From: Candidatus Ratteibacteria bacterium
GTDB taxonomy: Bacteria; Ratteibacteria; UBA8468; B48-G9; JAFGKM01
Assembly (NCBI GenBank): GCA_046296715.1
Contig: JBKBIN010000003.1
Location: forward strand, 8,880 to 72,879
Direction of reading: 5' to 3'
Length of the DNA: 64,000 nucleotides
The position numbers and the translations under genes are program-made. Shown here piece after piece: positions 42,748 through 53,313 of this stretch. The notes under the pieces are model-generated. The model saw nothing but the letters and a program-made list of their open reading frames with translations, did not search any database and had not been told where the DNA came from. The stretch's first letter is position 1, and every line of letters begins with the position of its first letter.

Positions 42748-43706
42748 GTAATCACGGTTGTAACAATTATGTCTTTTACTTTTGCTCCTCTTGACAAATC
42801 GCTCACTGGCTTTGCAAAACCTTGAAGAATAGGTTTATATGCCTGAGCATTTGCTAAATATTGAGTTATTTTATAAGCAATATTACCTGAATTTAAATCA
42901 GGAAAAATTAAAACATTTGCTTTACCTGCAACAGGAGAAAATTCCTTTATTTTTCTTCTCGCCACATCTTCATTTATTGCTGAATCAACCTGTAATTCCC
43001 CATCAATATCAAATTCCCTATTCTTTTCCTTTGCTATTTTTACTGCATTTTGAACTTTCTCTACTAATGGATGGGAAGCTGAACCCTTTGTTGAAAAAGA
43101 TAGGAAAGCAATTTTGGGTTTAGTTCCTATTAATTTTTCATAATTTATTCCCGTTGTTATCCCTATTTCTGCAAGTTGTTTTTCATCTGGTAGGATATTA
43201 ACTGCACAATCTGCAAAAAAATAAATTTTCCCATCAGGTAAAACCATCATAAAAAAACTTGATACTGTTTTTATACCTTCAAAATATCCAACTGTTAATG
43301 CTGCTGCTTGAATGACATTTGCTGTTGTATTTGCTGCACCTGCAACCATAGAATCGCAAATACCCATATCAACAAGTAAACCACCAAAAATAAGAGGTCT
43401 CTTTACTATTTTTTCTGCAATATTTTTATTTACATTTTTCCTTTTTTCACAATATCTTTCTACAAGAGTACTAAAAATTTCTGATCTTTCAGGTTCAATT
43501 ATCTCAATTTGCGAAAGATTTGTAATACCAATATTTTTCCCAATTTCATAAATTTTTTCTTTTTCCCCAATAAGAATAGGAGTTACTATTTTTTCTTTCA
43601 ATAATTCACAAGCAGATAATAAAATTCTTTCATCCTCTCCTTCTGGAAAAACAACTTTCTTATCTAATCCTTTAACTTTTTCAATAAATTCTTGTATTTT
43701 ATCCAT
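42732..43706 (-). CDS. pta: Phosphate acetyltransferase (Pta/Ptb family)
   Basis: 324-aa phosphate acyltransferase-fold sequence (VVFPEGEDERIL..., SDLSRGA...). Confidence 0.75.
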   Translation of the reverse strand: MDKIQEFIEKVKGLDKKVVFPEGEDERILLSACELLKEKIVTPILIGEKEKIYEIGKNIGITNLSQIEIIEPERSEIFSTLVERYCEKRKNVNKNIAEKIVKRPLIFGGLLVDMGICDSMVAGAANTTANVIQAAALTVGYFEGIKTVSSFFMMVLPDGKIYFFADCAVNILPDEKQLAEIGITTGINYEKLIGTKPKIAFLSFSTKGSASHPLVEKVQNAVKIAKEKNREFDIDGELQVDSAINEDVARRKIKEFSPVAGKANVLIFPDLNSGNIAYKITQYLANAQAYKPILQGFAKPVSDLSRGAKVKDIIVTTVITCLMN

Positions 43707-43708
43707 TC

Positions 43709-44487
43709 TTAAAATAATCTTAATCCAATCTTTTCTTCTGCTTCACTAACAAATTTATAATATTCTTTCCTTTTTAACTTACTTGCTGCCTCTTCATCTA
43801 AAATAACAGTTACTTTTGGATGTAATTGTAATACGGTAGCAGAAATCTGGGAAGTTATAGGCCCTTCAATTGCTTTTGCAACAATTTCTGCCTTTTTCTC
43901 TCCATTTGCAAGAAATAGGATTTCTTTTGCTTCAAGTATAGTTCCGACCCCCATTGTAATAGCAAATCTTGGAACATCTTCAATTCTCTCAAAAAATCGT
44001 GAATTGTCTTTGATTGTTTGTTCATCAAGAGCAACAAGCCTTGTTCTGGAATAAAGGGGAGAACCTGGTTCATTAAAACCAATATGCCCATCTCTGCCAA
44101 TTCCAACAATTTGTAAATCAATACCACCTGCTTTTTTAATCATATCTTCATAATTTTTACAATATTCTTCTATTTGCTCAATAGGAATTTTTCCATCTGG
44201 AACATTCGTGTTCTCTTTTTTTATATTTATATGATTGAATAAATTAACATCCATAAAATATCTATAGCTCTGAGGATGTTCTGGAGAAAGTCCATAGTAT
44301 TCATCAAGGTTAAATGTAATAACTTGAGAAAAATCAAGTCCCTCTTCTTTATGCATTCTTATAAGTTCTTTATACAATCCAACAGGAGTACTACCAGTTG
44401 CAAGCCCTAAAACACAATTTACCTTTTTTGTATCAAATCTTTAACTATTTTTGCAGCCTCTTTACTCATCTCTTCGTAATTCTCCAT
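43709..44487 (-). pseudogene. nagB: Glucosamine-6-phosphate deaminase carrying a frameshift in an A6/T6 run
   Basis: N-terminal 24 codons (MENYEEMSKEAAKIVKDLIQKR) end at a TAA. The NagB sequence continues in the +1 frame (KKVNCVLGLATGSTP...FNLDEY...IGRDGHIGFNEPGS). The shift lies in the homopolymer at 44424-44429. An A7 there would restore the frame. Confidence 0.65.
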
Positions 44488-44502
44488 TATTATTACTCTC
44501 AT

Positions 44503-45834
44503 CTACCCTCCTTTTTTGTCCTTAAAACCTTCGCCTAATTGTTTAAGACCTAAAGAAATTTTTCTATTTTCCGGATCTATTTCAAGTATCATAACTTCAA
44601 TTTTTTGTCCTTTTCTTAAAATCTCTGATGGATGTTTAATTGGAGTGTCTGAAATATTTGAAATATGTAAAAGCCCATCTATTCCCTTTTCTAATTCTAT
44701 GAAAGCACCAAAATCTGTTATATGATAAATTTTACCCATAACAACACTTCCAACAGGATATTTCTTTTCAATTTCAGGCCAAGGATTTGGTTCAAGTTGT
44801 CTTAAACTAAAAGAAATCTTTTTTTCCTCTTTTTTAATATCTATAACTTTAACCTTTAATGTATCACCTGTCGTCACTATTTCCGATGGATGTTTAATTC
44901 TTCCAGTCCATGATAATTCGGATATATGAAGAAGTCCTTCAACTCCTTCTTCAAGTTTAATAAATACTCCATAATCTGTAATGTTAACAACTTTACCCTC
45001 AACTATTGAGCCAACCGGATATTTTTCTTCAACCCTATCCCAGGGATTTTGTGTTTTTTGTTTTAATCCAAAAGAAACGACTTGTTTGTCTAAATTTACA
45101 TCAAGAACAACAACCTCTATTTTTTCACCAATACTTAAAAGTTGAGAAGGATGACTTATTCTGCCCCAACTCATGTCATTTATATGAAGAAGTCCTATAA
45201 CTTCATGTTCTATTTCTATGAAGGCTCCATAATCTACAATATTTTTTACAACACCTTTGACAAGTTGATTTTTACTCAAACTTTTGAGATACTCTATTTT
45301 CTGCCTTTCTTTTTCTTCTTCGAGATACTGCTTTCTTGAAACAACAATATTTTTTCTCAGAGAATCAAATTTTAAAATCTTTAAAAATGTTTTCATCCCT
45401 ACATAATCATTTGGATTTTTAATTAGTGAAATATCTGTTTGAGAAGATGGTAAAAAGGCAGTCACTCCAATATCAACTCTGTATCCACCTTTAACTCTCT
45501 TAAATATAATACCTTCAACAGGGAGATTATTTTTAAATTTCTCTTCCAATTGTTCCCAATGTAACATAATATCTGCTTTTTCCTTTGACAATGGTATAAG
45601 TCCATTTGCATCAGGATCTAAGGATTCAATAACTACATAAACTTCCTCATCTTTTTTTATTTCATTCATCTTACTTTTAAATTCCTCTCTCAAAACTACA
45701 CCTTCTGACTTAAAACCAATATCAATAATAACTTCATCTTTTACAACTTCTACTACACGTCCTTTAATCAATGAACCGGGTCTAAAACTTTCTATTTTTT
45801 CCTCTAAAATTTTATTAACATTTTTTTTTGCCAT
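44503..45834 (-). CDS. rpsA: Multi-S1-domain RNA-binding protein (ribosomal protein S1-like)
   Basis: Four or five tandem S1 domains. 443 aa. Stop/start abuts ispH, the arrangement that is fused as LytB-S1 in some bacteria. Confidence 0.7.
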   Translation of the reverse strand: MAKKNVNKILEEKIESFRPGSLIKGRVVEVVKDEVIIDIGFKSEGVVLREEFKSKMNEIKKDEEVYVVIESLDPDANGLIPLSKEKADIMLHWEQLEEKFKNNLPVEGIIFKRVKGGYRVDIGVTAFLPSSQTDISLIKNPNDYVGMKTFLKILKFDSLRKNIVVSRKQYLEEEKERQKIEYLKSLSKNQLVKGVVKNIVDYGAFIEIEHEVIGLLHINDMSWGRISHPSQLLSIGEKIEVVVLDVNLDKQVVSFGLKQKTQNPWDRVEEKYPVGSIVEGKVVNITDYGVFIKLEEGVEGLLHISELSWTGRIKHPSEIVTTGDTLKVKVIDIKKEEKKISFSLRQLEPNPWPEIEKKYPVGSVVMGKIYHITDFGAFIELEKGIDGLLHISNISDTPIKHPSEILRKGQKIEVMILEIDPENRKISLGLKQLGEGFKDKKGG

Positions 45835-46695
45835 TTAGGATACCTCCTTATATCCAATTTTTTTTAAATATTCTATTACCTCTTCTATAAAAAAATTAGG
45901 AGTTGAAGTCCCTGAAATAATTCCTACTTTGTTAAAATTATTAAATTCTATTTTACTTAAATCTAAAAAATTTTCAACAAAAAAACAATATTTACATTCT
46001 TTTTGGCAGATTTTAAAAAGTTTTTTGGTATTTGAACTTCTTTTCCCACCAAGCACAAGAACTGCATCAACTAATTTAGCTATCTTAAGACTCTCTTTTT
46101 CTCTTTCTTCTGTAACTTTACAAATAGTATTTAAAATAAGCAATTCCTTTACTTTAATCATTTTAATAATTTCTTTCACAATATCAAAATAATAATCAAA
46201 GTTTAAAGTTGTCTGACTTATAACAGCCACTTTACTTGTTCTTTTAAATTTATATCTTAATATGTCAACTTTATTTTCTATTATTTTAATATCCTTCCCA
46301 TACCCCTTTATTCCTAAAACTTCTGGATGAGTTTTATTACCGACAATCAAAATATTATATCCTATATAACTTAGATTTTCAACCAAATAATGAATTTTTT
46401 TTACAAATGGACAAGTCATATCATAAATTTTAAGATTTGCATTTTTTATTTTTTCTATTTGATCTTTAGAAAGACCATGAGACCTTATTAAAAAGTGCTC
46501 TCCTTCAACCTCTTCTATTGAACTATAAACTTTAAGACCTTTTAATTTAAGTTTCTCCATTACAAGTGGATTATGAACAATGTCCCCAACTGTAGATAAA
46601 GATTTCAAATCATCAAGTAATTTTTCAGTTGTTTCAACTGCTCTCTTAACGCCAAAACAGAAGCCTACATTTTTTGCAACAAAAAGTTTTTTCAT
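45835..46695 (-). CDS. ispH: 4-hydroxy-3-methylbut-2-enyl diphosphate reductase
   Basis: LytB/IspH sequence with the three conserved Cys ligands. 286 aa. Confidence 0.85.
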   Translation of the reverse strand: MKKLFVAKNVGFCFGVKRAVETTEKLLDDLKSLSTVGDIVHNPLVMEKLKLKGLKVYSSIEEVEGEHFLIRSHGLSKDQIEKIKNANLKIYDMTCPFVKKIHYLVENLSYIGYNILIVGNKTHPEVLGIKGYGKDIKIIENKVDILRYKFKRTSKVAVISQTTLNFDYYFDIVKEIIKMIKVKELLILNTICKVTEEREKESLKIAKLVDAVLVLGGKRSSNTKKLFKICQKECKYCFFVENFLDLSKIEFNNFNKVGIISGTSTPNFFIEEVIEYLKKIGYKEVS

Positions 46696-47279
46696 TTCAA
46701 TTTTCTAATCTCCTCTATTATTCTTTTACTTATTTCTTCATAACTCCCTTTATCAAAGTAAAGTGGTTTTCCAATTATCACCTCAATTTTTTTTAATTTT
46801 ATAAATTTACTATTAATAGGTAATGCTTTATCTGTTCCTTTTAATCTCAATGGAATAACAGGAACTCTACTTTTTAATGCAACAAAACCAATACCTGGTT
46901 TTGGTTCTTTTATTAAACCATCTCTACTTCTTGTTCCTTCAGGAAAAAAAACAACGCCTTCCCCTTTTTTTAAAATTTCTATTATTTTTCTCAAGGATAG
47001 AGGCATCTTACTCTCTCTATCAATAGGAATTGCCCCTAATATACTAACTAAGGGAGAAAGAATTTTTACATCAAAAAGAGAACTTTTAGCCATATAGTAT
47101 ATTTTTCTTGGACACACATAACCAATTGTTGGTGGATCAAGATAACTTAAATGATTAGCAGCAATAATAAATCCTCCTTTTTTAGGAAAATTTTCTTTCC
47201 CTTTAATTTTAATTAAAAAAAAGAAATTATAAACAAAAAACCCTATAAATTTTGCAAAAAGATATAAAAAACTTCTCAT
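46692..47279 (-). CDS. plsC: 1-acyl-sn-glycerol-3-phosphate acyltransferase
   Basis: Acyltransferase motifs AANHLSYLDP and FPEGTRS. Confidence 0.8.
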   Translation of the reverse strand: MRSFLYLFAKFIGFFVYNFFFLIKIKGKENFPKKGGFIIAANHLSYLDPPTIGYVCPRKIYYMAKSSLFDVKILSPLVSILGAIPIDRESKMPLSLRKIIEILKKGEGVVFFPEGTRSRDGLIKEPKPGIGFVALKSRVPVIPLRLKGTDKALPINSKFIKLKKIEVIIGKPLYFDKGSYEEISKRIIEEIRKLK

Positions 47280-47638
47280 TTGATTAACTTTTCAATGCCT
47301 TTGAAATTCTTGCTTTTTCTTAATAAATCAAGATCTTTATCTTTTTTAATGTATTTTTTTTTATTAAATCCAAGAGAAATAGCAATTTTTAAATTTTTTT
47401 CTGCTTTTTCTACATCTCCAAGCAATGAATAATCACAAGCTAAATTGTAATAAGAAATCGGGTCTAAATTCAGTATTTGTCCAATTTTTTTGTCAATCTT
47501 CAGGACCTTTTTGTAATCTTTTAAAAGGATATAAATATGAGATAATTGAAAAAGAACTTCCACAAAATCTGGTTTTATTTTAATTAACTTTTCATAGAAT
47601 TTTTTTCTTTTAAGAAATCCGGTGTCTGTTTTCTTCAT
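47276..47638 (-). CDS. Small TPR-like protein
   Basis: 120 aa, helical repeat composition. ATGA overlaps on both sides. Confidence 0.45.
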   Translation of the reverse strand: MKKTDTGFLKRKKFYEKLIKIKPDFVEVLFQLSHIYILLKDYKKVLKIDKKIGQILNLDPISYYNLACDYSLLGDVEKAEKNLKIAISLGFNKKKYIKKDKDLDLLRKSKNFKGIEKLIK

Positions 47639-47808
47639 TTTGTGTAAATATAAAGAATCAAAGTTAATATAAAGAGAATGAAAAATATAAAAAACTCAAG
47701 TTTATATTTTTTACCAATTGGCATTTTTTTTGTAAACATATATCCAACCAAACAATAAACAGAAAATCCAAGAAAAAAACCAAGTAAAACACCAAATAAT
47801 TTTATCAT
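47635..47808 (-). CDS. Unannotated 57-aa membrane protein with two TM helices
   Basis: MIKLFGVLLGFFLGFSVYCLVGYMFTKKMPIGKKYKLEFFIFFILFILTLILYIYTK. Its ATG overlaps the upstream gene's TGA (ATGA), and its TGA overlaps the downstream ATG (ATGA). It falls below the 60-aa ORF-track cutoff. Confidence 0.4.
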   Translation of the reverse strand: MIKLFGVLLGFFLGFSVYCLVGYMFTKKMPIGKKYKLEFFIFFILFILTLILYIYTK

Positions 47809-48068
47809 TTTTCCAATATATCTTTGAGCAATGAAATTCCAACTACTTTTGATTTTAAAACTTTCACACTTTTCCTATTCGGAACAATTCCATCTCTTTT
47901 TATCATCATTAAATATTCCTGTTTACTTAAAGAAGTTTCAGAAATATCAAAAGCATCTGCATCTTTTAAATAATAATAAGTCTCATCTTCATCAATAAGT
48001 GTACCTATATATATCCATGATGTTGAAGTATCAATAACTATTTTTTCATTTTTGTAATCTCTTTTCAT
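47805..48068 (-). CDS. Hypothetical protein
   Basis: 87 aa, translationally coupled between dtd and the small membrane ORF. Confidence 0.45.
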   Translation of the reverse strand: MKRDYKNEKIVIDTSTSWIYIGTLIDEDETYYYLKDADAFDISETSLSKQEYLMMIKRDGIVPNRKSVKVLKSKVVGISLLKDILEK

Positions 48069-48499
48069 TTTTCTAAAATTATTGTACAGGGACCATCATT
48101 ATAAATCTCAATACACATTTTTGCCCCAAATTCTCCTTCAACTATCTTTATATTTGACTCCTTTATTTTCTCAATAAATTTATCATAAATTCTTTCAGCA
48201 ACTTCTCCTTTTTCCGCCTGTGTAAAATCTGGTCTATTTCCTCTTCTACAATCTCCATAAAGAGTAAACTGTGAAACAATCATTAAATCTCCTCCAATAT
48301 CAAGAACTGAATAATTCATTTTTCCATTTTCGTCTTCAAAGATTCTTAAAGATAAAATTTTTTTTATAATATAATCAATTTTACTTTCATCGTCACCAAT
48401 ACCTATCCCTAAAAAAACAACCAATCCTTTTCCAATTTCACCTTTTTCCTTATCTTCTATAAATAATTTCGCTTTTTTAACTCTTTGAATAACTGCTCT
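48065..48499 (-). CDS. dtd: D-aminoacyl-tRNA deacylase
   Basis: MRAVIQRV... and the SQFTLY motif. Probable start at 48499; the ORF-track start at 48523 is upstream in frame. Confidence 0.8.
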   Translation of the reverse strand, partial: RAVIQRVKKAKLFIEDKEKGEIGKGLVVFLGIGIGDDESKIDYIIKKILSLRIFEDENGKMNYSVLDIGGDLMIVSQFTLYGDCRRGNRPDFTQAEKGEVAERIYDKFIEKIKESNIKIVEGEFGAKMCIEIYNDGPCTIILEK

Positions 48500-48560
48500 C
48501 ATAATATTTTTATAATATATCAATTTGACAAAATTAACAAATTGAATATAATTTTAAACC

Positions 48561-49355
48561 ATGGAGTTTTTCAAAATTGTTGGTTCAGGAAATGATTTTG
48601 TAGTTATTGATAATAGAAATAATTCAATAAAAAATAGAAAATTGTTGGCAATTAAATTGTGTGATAGAAAATTTGGAATTGGTGCCGATGGTTTACTTTT
48701 ACTTGAAGATTCTAAAAAAGGCGACTTTAAAATGAGAATTTTCAATCCTGATGGTAGTGAAGCAGAAATGTGTGGAAATGGACTGAGATGTATTTTAAGA
48801 TTTATTCACGAAAAATCAATTTCAAAAAAGAAAAATTTAAATATTGAAACAAAAGCAGGTATTCTTGAAGGTATAATCAAAGGAAAAATTATAAAAGTGA
48901 GAATGAAAATAATAAATTCGCCAAAATTAGATATTGAAATCCCTATTGAAAATTTTAAAATAATTGGCAATTTTGTAAACACAGGCGTTCCACATACTGT
49001 AATATTTGTTGATAATGTAGAAAAGATAAATTTAGAAGAAATTGGACCAAAGATAAGATTTAATAAAGTTTTTGGGAAAAGTGGGACAAATGTTGATTGG
49101 GTTGAAATTGTAAAAAGGGGAGTTATAAAAATAAGAACTTATGAAAGAGGAGTTGAGGGAGAAACACTATCTTGTGGGACGGGTGCTTGTGCATCTGCAA
49201 TTATAACTTCTATAAAAGAAAAATTTGAATCTCCTATATCTGTTATTACAAAAAGTAAAGAAATACTGAAAATTTATTTTGATAAAAATTTTGAAAAAGT
49301 ATATCTTGAAGGAAAAACATTATTGACATTTAAGGGAATCTGGATTGGAAGTTGA
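48561..49355 (+). CDS. dapF: Diaminopimelate epimerase
   Basis: GSGNDFVVID plus the catalytic Cys motifs CGNGLRC and CGTGACA. Confidence 0.85.
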   Translation: MEFFKIVGSGNDFVVIDNRNNSIKNRKLLAIKLCDRKFGIGADGLLLLEDSKKGDFKMRIFNPDGSEAEMCGNGLRCILRFIHEKSISKKKNLNIETKAGILEGIIKGKIIKVRMKIINSPKLDIEIPIENFKIIGNFVNTGVPHTVIFVDNVEKINLEEIGPKIRFNKVFGKSGTNVDWVEIVKRGVIKIRTYERGVEGETLSCGTGACASAIITSIKEKFESPISVITKSKEILKIYFDKNFEKVYLEGKTLLTFKGIWIGS

Positions 49356-51420
49356 AATTTTAATTTTACTTTCATTCATCGTAGGAATTCTCTCAAGCAA
49401 TTATTTTTCCTTTTATTATATCTTTCCACTTCTACCATTAATCTTTTTACAAAAAATTAATAAAAAACTCATTATCTCTTTTTTACTTTTTTTCTTTTTG
49501 GGATATTGTTTTACTGAAATTAATAAGAAAAATCAAAAGAAAGAAAAAATAGACCTTGCAAAAATTTCTTCAATAGAAGGCGAAATAATTAGTATTAAAG
49601 ACAAAAAGTTTGAAAGAGAAATAAAGTTGAAAATAAAAAAAATTTCTACACCATATAAAGATATAAATTACAATGCTAAAATTCTTCTATTGACAAAAAA
49701 CTATGATAAATTCCTACCAGGACAAACATTGAAAATAAAAGATTTTTTTATTAGTCAAGTTAATCCACCAAAAAACCCTTTTGAATTTAATTATAAAAAA
49801 TTTTTAGAAAGACAGGGAATTCACTATATAGTTAAAACTGATAATATTGAATTAGTTAGAGGGAAAAAGAATTTAAAAATATTGGCTTCTTTTATTCGGG
49901 AGAAAATCAAAAAAAGAATTGAAAATAATATGAAATTTAATCCTGATGGTTGTGAATTGGTTAAACTTATTACTATAGGGAGTGATGATTTACCTGATTT
50001 TTTAAAAGAGATTGGAATAAAAAGTGGAATATACCATCTATTTGTTATTTCTGGAATCCATGTTTTATACCTATTTTTATTTTTTAAAATTCTTTTTATC
50101 CCTTTTCAAAAAATAAACAATATTTATCCAAAACTTTTCCCTTCTTTACTTCTTTTTGTTTTATGGTTTTATGCTTTTCTGTGTGGTTTTCATATACCTG
50201 TAACAAGAGCAGTTTTGATGTTTTCTTTTTATCTTATATTTGAAATTTTAGATAGAAAAATTGAACCTTTGAAATCTCTTATTTTTGCATGTTTTTTATT
50301 CCTTCTTATAAATCCCAATAATATATATTCTATTTCTTTTCTGCTGTCTTTTTTAGCAACTTATGGAATTCTAATAATCCCTAAAAAAATAAATTTAAAG
50401 AAAAGTTTTATTATTACCTCATTTATTTCTACTATTTCAGCACAACTGTTTGTTCTCCCAATTATTCTCTATAATTTTGCTTTTTTCTATCCAGTAGGGA
50501 TAATAAATAATTTGATATTTACTCCTTTTGTCGGATTTTTAACTATAAATTCTTTCATTTCAATTTTTATCCCTGTTTTTTTCTTTCCCTTAAATTTTAC
50601 GACAAGTATTTTTTTGAAACTACTTGTTTTTATCTCAAATCTTTCTTTTAAAGTGAACATTTATTTCCCTTTACTTTATGTGCTTATTTTTTATTCTTTC
50701 CTTTTCATTCTTTTCCTATCAGTGAGAAAAAAATTGAAACTTTTTATTTCTTTTTTATTATTTTTAGTTCTAATCTTTTACTCTAATTTCAATAAAAATA
50801 GAAAAAAAGAGATCTTTTTTTTCTCTTCTAAAAATCCATTTGTTTTAGTTATTGATGAAAAAAAAGGTATTTTAATTACTTCAAACAAAATTGAAAATCC
50901 AAATTTTTATAAGACTACTTTTTACAAGACATTGAAAAAGGAAAAAATTAAAATAGAAAAAATTATTTCAATTGGAAATGGATTTTTAGAAAATTTTATT
51001 TTTATTTCAAGGTATAGTGAGGAAATATACCTTCCAAGTTCAATTTCAAAACCAAATAATTTTAAAAATTGTAAAAACTATAAAGAAAACGACCAAATTC
51101 CTTTTTCAGATAGATTTATTTTTTCGATTAAAAATGGAAATATAATAATTGAAAGCAATAATATGAAAGTTTTATTAATTCTAAATGAGAATCTGAAAGA
51201 CACACTGATAGTTGATAAATATTTTCTTGTATATCCAATTGAGTTCAAAAAAAATAAGGAAAATGTGAAGTTAATAAATAATCTTAAAGTTCCATTTTTT
51301 ATTTTGCAGAAAAATTTGAAAAAATTTGAAAATTTAAGAAGTTTATGCGAAAATTATTATTTAAATATATCACCTGTTATTGTAGATTTAAAAACAGGAA
51401 TAATTGACTATTGGAGATAA
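49345..51420 (+). CDS. comEC: ComEC/Rec2-family DNA internalisation membrane protein
   Basis: Large polytopic protein with the competence-domain motif HLFVISGIHVLYLF and a C-terminal soluble domain. 691 aa. Confidence 0.7.
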   Translation: MEVEILILLSFIVGILSSNYFSFYYIFPLLPLIFLQKINKKLIISFLLFFFLGYCFTEINKKNQKKEKIDLAKISSIEGEIISIKDKKFEREIKLKIKKISTPYKDINYNAKILLLTKNYDKFLPGQTLKIKDFFISQVNPPKNPFEFNYKKFLERQGIHYIVKTDNIELVRGKKNLKILASFIREKIKKRIENNMKFNPDGCELVKLITIGSDDLPDFLKEIGIKSGIYHLFVISGIHVLYLFLFFKILFIPFQKINNIYPKLFPSLLLFVLWFYAFLCGFHIPVTRAVLMFSFYLIFEILDRKIEPLKSLIFACFLFLLINPNNIYSISFLLSFLATYGILIIPKKINLKKSFIITSFISTISAQLFVLPIILYNFAFFYPVGIINNLIFTPFVGFLTINSFISIFIPVFFFPLNFTTSIFLKLLVFISNLSFKVNIYFPLLYVLIFYSFLFILFLSVRKKLKLFISFLLFLVLIFYSNFNKNRKKEIFFFSSKNPFVLVIDEKKGILITSNKIENPNFYKTTFYKTLKKEKIKIEKIISIGNGFLENFIFISRYSEEIYLPSSISKPNNFKNCKNYKENDQIPFSDRFIFSIKNGNIIIESNNMKVLLILNENLKDTLIVDKYFLVYPIEFKKNKENVKLINNLKVPFFILQKNLKKFENLRSLCENYYLNISPVIVDLKTGIIDYWR

Positions 51421-51421
51421 A

Positions 51422-51742
51422 ATGGGAATAGAAAATATTGAAAAAATCAGAAAAGCAGAACAAGAAAGCGAACAAATTATAAAAGATGCTGAAAAAAAAG
51501 TAAAAGAAATGTTAAATGCAATAGGTTTTGAACTTGAAAAAATAAGGAAAGAAAATGAAAAAAAATTAGAAGAACTTGTAAAAAAATATAAAGAAGAAAA
51601 AGAATTGTTAAAAAAGGAAAAAATTGAAAAACTTGAGAATCAAAGAAAAAAAATTGAAGATGAGTTAAATATGAAAAGAAAAAAAATTGAAGATGTAGCA
51701 AACAAAATTTGGGAAGAAATAAAAAAAGAAATTATGCAGTAA
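51422..51742 (+). CDS. Hypothetical coiled-coil protein
   Basis: K/E-rich heptad-like sequence of about 106 aa. No motif. Confidence 0.35.
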   Translation: MGIENIEKIRKAEQESEQIIKDAEKKVKEMLNAIGFELEKIRKENEKKLEELVKKYKEEKELLKKEKIEKLENQRKKIEDELNMKRKKIEDVANKIWEEIKKEIMQ

Positions 51743-52925
51743 CAACTTTATCCTTTCCTGTCTTTTTTGCTTCATACAAAGCAATGTCGGCTTTTTTTAT
51801 CAACTCTGATGGTGTTAAACCATCTTCAGGAAAGGAAGCAATTCCAAAACTTATGGTCAAATCTCCATTGGGTTGGTTTTCTTCATTTGGAAATTTAAAT
51901 TCTTTAACAGCAATTCTTAATTTATCACAAATTTTTATAGCATTTTCTTTTGATGTATCAGGAAAAACTAAGATAAATTCTTCTCCCCCATATCTACAAA
52001 TTATATCTGAACCTTTAACCCCCTTTTTTAATATCTCTGCTACAGTTTTTAAAACATAATCACCTGCAGGATGGCCATTATTATCATTATAAAATTTAAA
52101 AAAATCAATATCACAAATCGCAACAGAAACAGGTTTATAATTTACCTGACTCTTTGTCAAAATTTCCAAAAAAAGTTTTTCAAAATGTCTTCTATTATAT
52201 AATTGTGTTAAACTATCTGTAATTGAAAGAGTTTTTATTTTATCAAAAAGTTCAGTATTTTCAACCATCAATGAAATAGGAACAGATATCATTCTTAAAA
52301 GATTCAAATCTCTTAATGTAAATTTCTTTTCATGCTTAGAAAATACGCCCAACATCCCAATTACATTTCTTTTTTGATATAAAGGACAAATAATAAATGA
52401 TTTAATTCCATCGTCAGCAAGTATTTTGTACTGTGAGAAAGAAGAAATATTATTAACAAGAATTGGCCTTCCTTTAATAGATAATTCTTCTACCAATCCC
52501 TCAGCGATTTTTATTTCATCTCCTTTAACACTCATTTTATATCTATCACCAAAAAGAGTAATAATGATAATTTCATCTTTAAAAACATTTTTAATAGCAA
52601 CTAAAATTTTTTCAATAACATCGTCAACAGTCAGATTTTCATCAAAAGTTTCTATTATTTCTGTAACCGTCGTTAAAAAAGTAGATTCTATTTTATAATC
52701 ATTAATCAATAAATTTTTTTTATCATTTTCTCTCTGTAAAAACTCAATTTTATCTGAAATATTAAATCCATAAATAACATCCAAAACTATAATGAAAGAA
52801 AGAGAAATGTTTAAAAAAATAAAATAATATTCTGGATGAAAAACTTTTCCTCTCATGTAGAGAATATTTATGATGATAAGAAAGAGAATTATAATCAAAA
52901 AAATGCAATTCCTTAAAAATCTCAT
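51732..52925 (-). CDS. Membrane-anchored GAF-GGDEF diguanylate cyclase
   Basis: Two N-terminal TM segments, a GAF-like middle domain, and a GGDEF domain with an intact RYGGEEF motif. Confidence 0.75.
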   Translation of the reverse strand: MRFLRNCIFLIIILFLIIINILYMRGKVFHPEYYFIFLNISLSFIIVLDVIYGFNISDKIEFLQRENDKKNLLINDYKIESTFLTTVTEIIETFDENLTVDDVIEKILVAIKNVFKDEIIIITLFGDRYKMSVKGDEIKIAEGLVEELSIKGRPILVNNISSFSQYKILADDGIKSFIICPLYQKRNVIGMLGVFSKHEKKFTLRDLNLLRMISVPISLMVENTELFDKIKTLSITDSLTQLYNRRHFEKLFLEILTKSQVNYKPVSVAICDIDFFKFYNDNNGHPAGDYVLKTVAEILKKGVKGSDIICRYGGEEFILVFPDTSKENAIKICDKLRIAVKEFKFPNEENQPNGDLTISFGIASFPEDGLTPSELIKKADIALYEAKKTGKDKVVTA

Positions 52926-52932
52926 GAATTAT

Positions 52933-53289
52933 TTATCCTGTTTCTTTCCTTACACGATCAACAAGTAAGGAAAAACTCTCAGGATGATTAAAAGCAATGT
53001 CAGCAAGCGTCTTTCTGTTTAAATTTATCCCAATTTTTCTAATCCCAGACATAAAAACACTATAAGAAATTCCATTTGCTTTACATGCAGCAGAAATTCT
53101 ACTTATCCATAATCTTCTAAAATCTCTTTTCTTTTTTCTTCTATGCATAAAGGCATAAGTTAAACCTTTTTCCGAAAATTCCTTTGCTCTTTTAAATAAT
53201 TTTGATCTTCCTTGTCTATAACCTTTTGCTCTCTTTAAAACTTTTTTTCTTCTCTTCTTAGAACTTACTGAATTTTTTGTTCTTGGCAT
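52933..53289 (-). CDS. rplT: 50S ribosomal protein L20
   Basis: MPRTKNSVSSKKRRKKVLKRAKGYRQGRSKLFKRAKE... is diagnostic. Confidence 0.9.
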   Translation of the reverse strand: MPRTKNSVSSKKRRKKVLKRAKGYRQGRSKLFKRAKEFSEKGLTYAFMHRRKKKRDFRRLWISRISAACKANGISYSVFMSGIRKIGINLNRKTLADIAFNHPESFSLLVDRVRKETG

Positions 53290-53313
53290 TTTATCTCCTT
53301 TTTAAAAATAGTT

